In this document: positions 59,550 to 64,000 of the stretch, piece by piece | Position numbering within the stretch: the first letter of the stretch is position 1 | Layout of the letters: the number at the start of each line of letters is the position of its first letter | IMG/VR virus record: IMGVR_UViG_3300020358_000003 | DNA: 64,000 nucleotides | Direction: 5' to 3' (one strand) | Origin: an uncultured virus (IMG/VR IMGVR_UViG_3300020358_000003) | Lineage: Duplodnaviria > Heunggongvirae > Uroviricota > Caudoviricetes | The notes under the pieces: generated by a model | What the model saw: the letters and a program-made list of their open reading frames with translations, nothing else | Told to the model about the DNA's origin: nothing | Databases searched by the model: none | Position numbers and translations under genes: made by a program

Positions 59550-60053
59550 ATGGCAACAGTTACCACAAATATGAACTATCTTCAGCCTACTAATTTTAAG
59601 GTAGTTATAAATCACAAAACTTTTGGGAACCTTGAGTTTTTTGCTCAAAGGATTATCCATCCAGGAGTAAGTGTTCAAGCAGCAAATGTTCCATACAAAA
59701 GAATTTCAAGTATTTCAATTCCCGGTGATACGCTTACTTTTGAAGATTTGGCAATGGATATTTTAGTTGATGAAAATATGCAAACTTATATTGAAGTTTT
59801 TAACTTATTGAGTTCTTTGGTTGAAACCAAATATAAATCGCCTATTACTAAAGCAGTAACTGCCAGTATAACACAAGAATTAGACATAACTTTAACCATA
59901 ACTAGTAGTCACAATAATGTTGTAAGAACAATTAGATATATTGATTGTGTTCCCACTAGCATTGGTACAGTTTTGATGGAAGCGACTTCTGAAACATCGC
60001 CTGTAATTACCTTTCCAGTAAACTTTAAGATCGGATATTACGAGATAAAATAG
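59550..60053 (+). CDS. gp3: Tail completion protein gp3
   Basis: NYLQPTNFK, PGDTLTFEDL, LVDENM; gp23-gp3-uvsY-uvsW synteny. Confidence 0.85.
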   Translation: MATVTTNMNYLQPTNFKVVINHKTFGNLEFFAQRIIHPGVSVQAANVPYKRISSISIPGDTLTFEDLAMDILVDENMQTYIEVFNLLSSLVETKYKSPITKAVTASITQELDITLTITSSHNNVVRTIRYIDCVPTSIGTVLMEATSETSPVITFPVNFKIGYYEIK

Positions 60054-60088
60054 ACCTATATATTGTTAATACATTATGGAGAATATGA

Positions 60089-60535
60089 TTGCTTAACCTT
60101 GAAGAAATACTTGAACATTGGTCAAACGACTGTAATATTGATGAACATAATCTAGATAAATCTAGTGTGGACATTGCAAAACTACATGCAAAATATTTAC
60201 AATTACTTTCTGTATATAAACTTCAAAAGAAAAAGTCTGAGATGAATCAAAAAATTCTTCTCAAGGATAAGTGGTTATATTATAATGGTAAGATGACTGA
60301 ACAGCAAATCATTGAAAAGAATTGGGAGTTTGACCCATTTGATGGTATGAAAATTATGAAGGGTGATATGAACCATTATTACGATTCTGATCCAGATATT
60401 CAGAAAAGTGAAGAAAAAATAATCTATTATAAAACATTGATTGAAACCCTACAAGAAATTGTAGAGACTTTGCGCTGGCGGCATCAAACAATTAGTAATA
60501 TAATCAAATGGAAGGTATATCAAAGCGGTGGATAA
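60089..60535 (+). CDS. uvsY: Recombination mediator UvsY
   Basis: LHAKYL, KWLYYNGK, ISNIIKW; TTG start after GGAG; synteny. Confidence 0.88.
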   Translation: MLNLEEILEHWSNDCNIDEHNLDKSSVDIAKLHAKYLQLLSVYKLQKKKSEMNQKILLKDKWLYYNGKMTEQQIIEKNWEFDPFDGMKIMKGDMNHYYDSDPDIQKSEEKIIYYKTLIETLQEIVETLRWRHQTISNIIKWKVYQSGG

Positions 60536-62033
60536 GATAGTAGTGCAGAAGAAGAATGAATGCTCTCTTCTGTTAGGTTGTGACAATGGTATCATTCAAG
60601 AACTAAATGAATATTTTTCATTTTTTGTTCCAGGATATAAGTACATGCCAAAATATAAATCAAAGATGTGGGATGGTAAGATAAAGATATTTAATGCTTT
60701 ATCTCATGAATTGCCAGCAGGTTTGTTACATCAACTTAAAATATTCTCTAAGGAAAGAGGGTATGAATTAGACTATGAAGATGGTGAGTATGGACCACCA
60801 GAAGTTTTTAATAAAATAAACCCTAAAGAAATTATGAATTTTATTGAAGGTTTGAATTTAAGGAGTCGTGGTGAACCGATATCTATAAGAAGTTATCAAT
60901 TTGATGCTGTGTGTTCTGCTATAAGAGAAAGAAGGTCTCTTTTACTATCACCAACTGGATCAGGTAAATCTTTAATTATCTATGTACTCATGCGTTGGTA
61001 CATGGAAAATCATCACGATAATGTTTTGGTTATTGTTCCAACCACTTCACTTGTTCAGCAGATGTTTGCAGATTTTAGTGATTATTCATCACACGATGAT
61101 AGTGTTAATATAGAAAATGATTGTCATTTTATTTATTCTGGTCAAGCAAAAAATGGAATAAAAGAAAGAATAATTATATCAACATGGCAGTCAATTTATA
61201 AGTTACCTGCAACATGGTTTTCTAATTTTGGTGTAATTTTTGGGGATGAGTGTCATGGTTTTAAATCAAAATCTTTAACATCTATTATGAATAAGAGTAG
61301 AAATACTGGATACAGATTTGGAACTACTGGAACTTTAGATGGGACTGAAACACATAAATTAGTATTAGAGGGATTGTTTGGTAAGGTAATAAAGGTAACC
61401 ACTACAAAAAAATTGCAAGACGATTCAACATTAGCACCCCTTGAAATATATTTATTGAAATTAGAATATGATGAGGCTGATTGTTTTCAAAACGTAGGTA
61501 ACACCTATGCCCAAGAAATTAATTGGATTGTTCTAAATGAAAAAAGAAATAAATTTATTCGCAATTTAGCATTAGATATGAATGGTAATACTTTAGTATT
61601 ATTTCAATTTGTGGAAAAACATGGTAAGGTACTTTATGATCTGATTTGTGATAAAAAGGAAGATAAAAGAAAAGTATTTTTTGTTTCTGGTGCTACAGAA
61701 GCAACAGACAGAGAAGCGATTAGAAAAATTGTAGAAAGTCAAAAAGACTCAATCATCGTCGCATCTCTAGGAACCTTTAGTACTGGTATAAATATTAGGA
61801 ACTTACATAACATAGTATTTGCTTCTCCAAGTAAATCCCAAATTAGAGTATTACAAAGTGTTGGGAGAGGACTGAGAAAAAGTGATGATGGAAGAATTAC
61901 TAAATTATATGATATCGTAGATGATTTGAGACACAAAAAGAAATTAAATTATGCTTTACTTCATGGGGAAGAACGATTGAAAATATATAAAAAAGAACAA
62001 TTCAATTTTAAAAGGTATGAGGTCCGATTATGA
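60528..62033 (+). CDS. uvsW: SF2 helicase UvsW
   Basis: WDGKI, SPTGSGKS, DECH, GTTGT, FSTGINI, QSVGRGLR. Confidence 0.96.
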   Translation: MDKIVVQKKNECSLLLGCDNGIIQELNEYFSFFVPGYKYMPKYKSKMWDGKIKIFNALSHELPAGLLHQLKIFSKERGYELDYEDGEYGPPEVFNKINPKEIMNFIEGLNLRSRGEPISIRSYQFDAVCSAIRERRSLLLSPTGSGKSLIIYVLMRWYMENHHDNVLVIVPTTSLVQQMFADFSDYSSHDDSVNIENDCHFIYSGQAKNGIKERIIISTWQSIYKLPATWFSNFGVIFGDECHGFKSKSLTSIMNKSRNTGYRFGTTGTLDGTETHKLVLEGLFGKVIKVTTTKKLQDDSTLAPLEIYLLKLEYDEADCFQNVGNTYAQEINWIVLNEKRNKFIRNLALDMNGNTLVLFQFVEKHGKVLYDLICDKKEDKRKVFFVSGATEATDREAIRKIVESQKDSIIVASLGTFSTGINIRNLHNIVFASPSKSQIRVLQSVGRGLRKSDDGRITKLYDIVDDLRHKKKLNYALLHGEERLKIYKKEQFNFKRYEVRL

Positions 62034-62464
62034 GTTATAAAGAACTTAAAGATTTTGATAAAGTAAAACAGATAAAGATTTCTTCTGGTGATGAAATTTT
62101 ATGTGAAATAATGGATATTACGGATGAAGAACTTATAGTTCGTCACGCCCTTCAAATCTGTAAAATTGAAGTTGATGCCAGTAGAAGTTATGGTATGTTA
62201 AAACCTTGGATTTCGTTTCAAGAGCAAACACAAGAATTAGTATCATTAAACGACATGCATATTGTTGCTATTGCTACACCTAGTGAAGATTTAATAGTTC
62301 AATTTGGTAACGCCATTAAAGGTAATAATAGCGATGAAGATTTTGATGTTGATACTTGGATGGATAGATTGTATAATAAAAAAGAAAGTTTAGAAGTTAA
62401 TTTTAGTGAGATGCTTGATAGTGATGAAAATATCATCAGTTTTCCATCTGGATACAAACATTGA
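62030..62464 (+). CDS. Conserved T4-like protein between uvsW and gp55, Sm-like fold suspected
   Basis: KQIKISSGDEILCE...LKPWI pattern and C-terminal NIISFP; position. The fold assignment is from recall of this family. Confidence 0.65.
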   Translation: MSYKELKDFDKVKQIKISSGDEILCEIMDITDEELIVRHALQICKIEVDASRSYGMLKPWISFQEQTQELVSLNDMHIVAIATPSEDLIVQFGNAIKGNNSDEDFDVDTWMDRLYNKKESLEVNFSEMLDSDENIISFPSGYKH

Positions 62465-62489
62465 TTCCCCCCCATAAAGGATACTCCTT

Positions 62490-62518
62490 ATTATACACAT
62501 AACTTATGATTCTGTCAA
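62490..62518 (-). promoter_or_regulatory. Perfect-consensus sigma70 promoter pointing antisense into the Sm-like/uvsW genes
   Basis: Minus strand reads TTGACA-gaatcataagttatgtg (17 nt)-TATAAT. Confidence 0.75.
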
Positions 62519-62541
62519 CCCCTAAAATAAAATAATTATGC

Positions 62542-62570
62542 TTTACATTACCGTCTATTTGTGGTAGAAT
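62542..62570 (+). promoter_or_regulatory. sigma70-type promoter for gp55-gp47
   Basis: TTTACA-17 nt-TAGAAT with an extended -10 TG and an AT-rich upstream tract. Confidence 0.75.
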
Positions 62571-62596
62571 GGTAGAAATATTAAGGAGTGAATTTG

Positions 62597-63193
62597 ATGC
62601 CAAAAGCAAAGTCTAAAAGTACGCATTATGTAGATAACAAAGAATTTTCCGCTAAAATAGTAGAATATGTTAAAACTATAAATGAAGCAAGAGATAATAA
62701 TGAAGAATTGCCTGTAGTTCCAAATTATTTAGCATTATGTTTTTTAAGAATTGCTGAAAATCTTTCTCACAAATCTAATTTTATTAGGTATACCTATCGT
62801 GAAGAAATGGTTATGGACGCAGTAGAGAATTGTTTAAAGGCAGTAGAAAATTATAATATTAATGCTGCTACTAGAAGTGGTAAACCAAACGCCTTTGCTT
62901 ATTTCACTCAAATTATTTGGTATGCATTTCTAAGAAGAATTGCCAAAGAGAAAAAACAACAAGATATTAAAGAAAAATATATGTCCCAATCTGGCATAGA
63001 AGCATTCCTTGTGACTGAAACTGGTGAAGCATCAACTGGCGTTGCGACACACTTCATTGACGTTCTCAAAGACCGAATTGACAAAGTAAAAGAATACGAC
63101 ACAGAAATAAAAGAATTTGGTAAGGTTGAAAGGCAACAAAGAAAAAAAAGAACAGTTAATGTTGATTCCGATTTGAAAGACTTTTTAGAATGA
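62597..63193 (+). CDS. gp55: Late sigma factor gp55
   Basis: HYVDNKEF, NFIRYTYREEMVMDAVENCL, NAFAYFTQIIWYAFLRRIAKEKKQ. ATG at 62597 is 8 nt after AAGGAG. Confidence 0.96.
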   Translation: MPKAKSKSTHYVDNKEFSAKIVEYVKTINEARDNNEELPVVPNYLALCFLRIAENLSHKSNFIRYTYREEMVMDAVENCLKAVENYNINAATRSGKPNAFAYFTQIIWYAFLRRIAKEKKQQDIKEKYMSQSGIEAFLVTETGEASTGVATHFIDVLKDRIDKVKEYDTEIKEFGKVERQQRKKRTVNVDSDLKDFLE

Positions 63194-64000
63194 AATTATT
63201 AATACTGAACGATACACATACAGGTATAAGAAATGCCTCTGATATTTTTTTAGATAATGCTGCAAAATTTTATAAAGAAATTTTATTTCCGCATTGTGAC
63301 GATCATAATATCAAGCAGATATTACACTTGGGTGATTATTATGATCATCGTAAGTTTATAAATTTTAAGGCACTGACACACAATCGCAAGAGTTTTCTAA
63401 ATCCTATGCGAGAGCGTGGCATGACTATGGATATTATTCCGGGTAATCACGACACATATTTCAAGAACACCAATGATTTAAATTCACTCAAAGAACTATT
63501 GGGTCATTATATGAATGAAATTCATATTGTTATGAAACCCACAGTAATGAACTATGGTGGTCTTGACGTTGCGTTACTACCATGGATCACCAGTGAAAAC
63601 TGTTCAGAATCTATGAATTTTGTTAAAAATTGCAAAGCATCATTCCTTGCTGGTCATTTAGAATTATCTGGTTTTGATATGATGAGAGGAATTCAAAATA
63701 AACATGGAATGGATAAAGAAGCGTTCTCTAGGTTTGAGTTAGTTTTATCTGGTCATTATCATACCAAATCTCAAAAAAATAACATTATGTATCTGGGTAC
63801 GCAGATGGAATTTTTCTGGTCAGATGCACATGATCCAAAACATTTTCATGTTTTAGATACTGAAACTCGCGAGATTGAAGCAATCGTTAATCCATTCACA
63901 TTATTTGAAAAGATAATCTATGATGATACAAAAACAGACTATAGTAATTATAATGTAGACCATTTAGATAATAAATTTGTAAAATTAGTTGTGATCAATA
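63190..64000 (+). CDS. gp47: Recombination nuclease subunit gp47 (Mre11/SbcD-like), cut by the window end
   Basis: Translated by hand: MKLLILNDTHTG...LGDYYDHR...PGNHD...GHLE...SGHYH metallophosphoesterase motifs. ATGA overlap with gp55. Confidence 0.93.
   Translation, partial: MKLLILNDTHTGIRNASDIFLDNAAKFYKEILFPHCDDHNIKQILHLGDYYDHRKFINFKALTHNRKSFLNPMRERGMTMDIIPGNHDTYFKNTNDLNSLKELLGHYMNEIHIVMKPTVMNYGGLDVALLPWITSENCSESMNFVKNCKASFLAGHLELSGFDMMRGIQNKHGMDKEAFSRFELVLSGHYHTKSQKNNIMYLGTQMEFFWSDAHDPKHFHVLDTETREIEAIVNPFTLFEKIIYDDTKTDYSNYNVDHLDNKFVKLVVIN

Noticed and set aside
42680..62033. Introns, inteins or homing endonucleases in terminase, portal, capsid or UvsW
   Set aside because: Lengths are ordinary, motifs are contiguous, and no splicing or endonuclease signatures were seen.
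62299..62475. 58-codon minus-strand ORF (MGGNQCLYPDG...) after AAGGAG
   Set aside because: The SD lies directly behind the -10 box, so it would probably not be transcribed. The product reads as the antisense shadow of the Sm-like gene.
1686..63102. Many short minus-strand and alternate-frame ORFs in the track
   Set aside because: They lie wholly within long, well-supported plus-strand genes and have shadow-frame composition. Only 59110..59448 occupies its own space.
1..64000. tRNA genes, stop-codon recoding, or an obvious RiPP precursor peptide
   Set aside because: No cloverleaf was seen in the short intergenic gaps. TAA, TAG and TGA all end conserved genes at expected positions. No short Cys/His-repeat precursor is visible, though one could lie upstream of base 1.

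Overview
This is a 64-kb, AT-rich, almost entirely plus-strand segment of a T4-like myovirus with the gene order of marine, cyanophage-type T4 relatives. The host cannot be determined from this window. In order, it holds: (1) a tightly coupled cassette of two 2OG-Fe(II) oxygenases, two radical SAM enzymes with Cys-rich C-termini and one hypothetical gene; (2) about 35 kb of tail-fibre and accessory virion genes, including a 5747-aa giant; (3) the core neck, tail and head block (gp13, a split gp14, gp15-gp20, gp67/68, gp21-23), with a second fibre plus adhesin pair inserted between portal and gp67; (4) gp3, uvsY, uvsW, an Sm-like gene, gp55 and a partial gp47. Nine intergenic TATAAATA late promoters are visible. 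The most striking unexplained signal is a strong, directional enrichment of the dipeptide Asp-Ser in many unrelated virion proteins, including a variable loop of the major capsid protein, but not in non-virion enzymes. It looks like a virion-wide modification sequon and lies next to candidate modifying enzymes. A second signal is an 18/19-nt antisense match to the gp23 ribosome-binding site and start codon. It sits just downstream of the Sm-like gene and overlaps a perfect antisense sigma70 promoter. All family calls come from motif recognition and gene order; no database searches were run, and counts are by hand.
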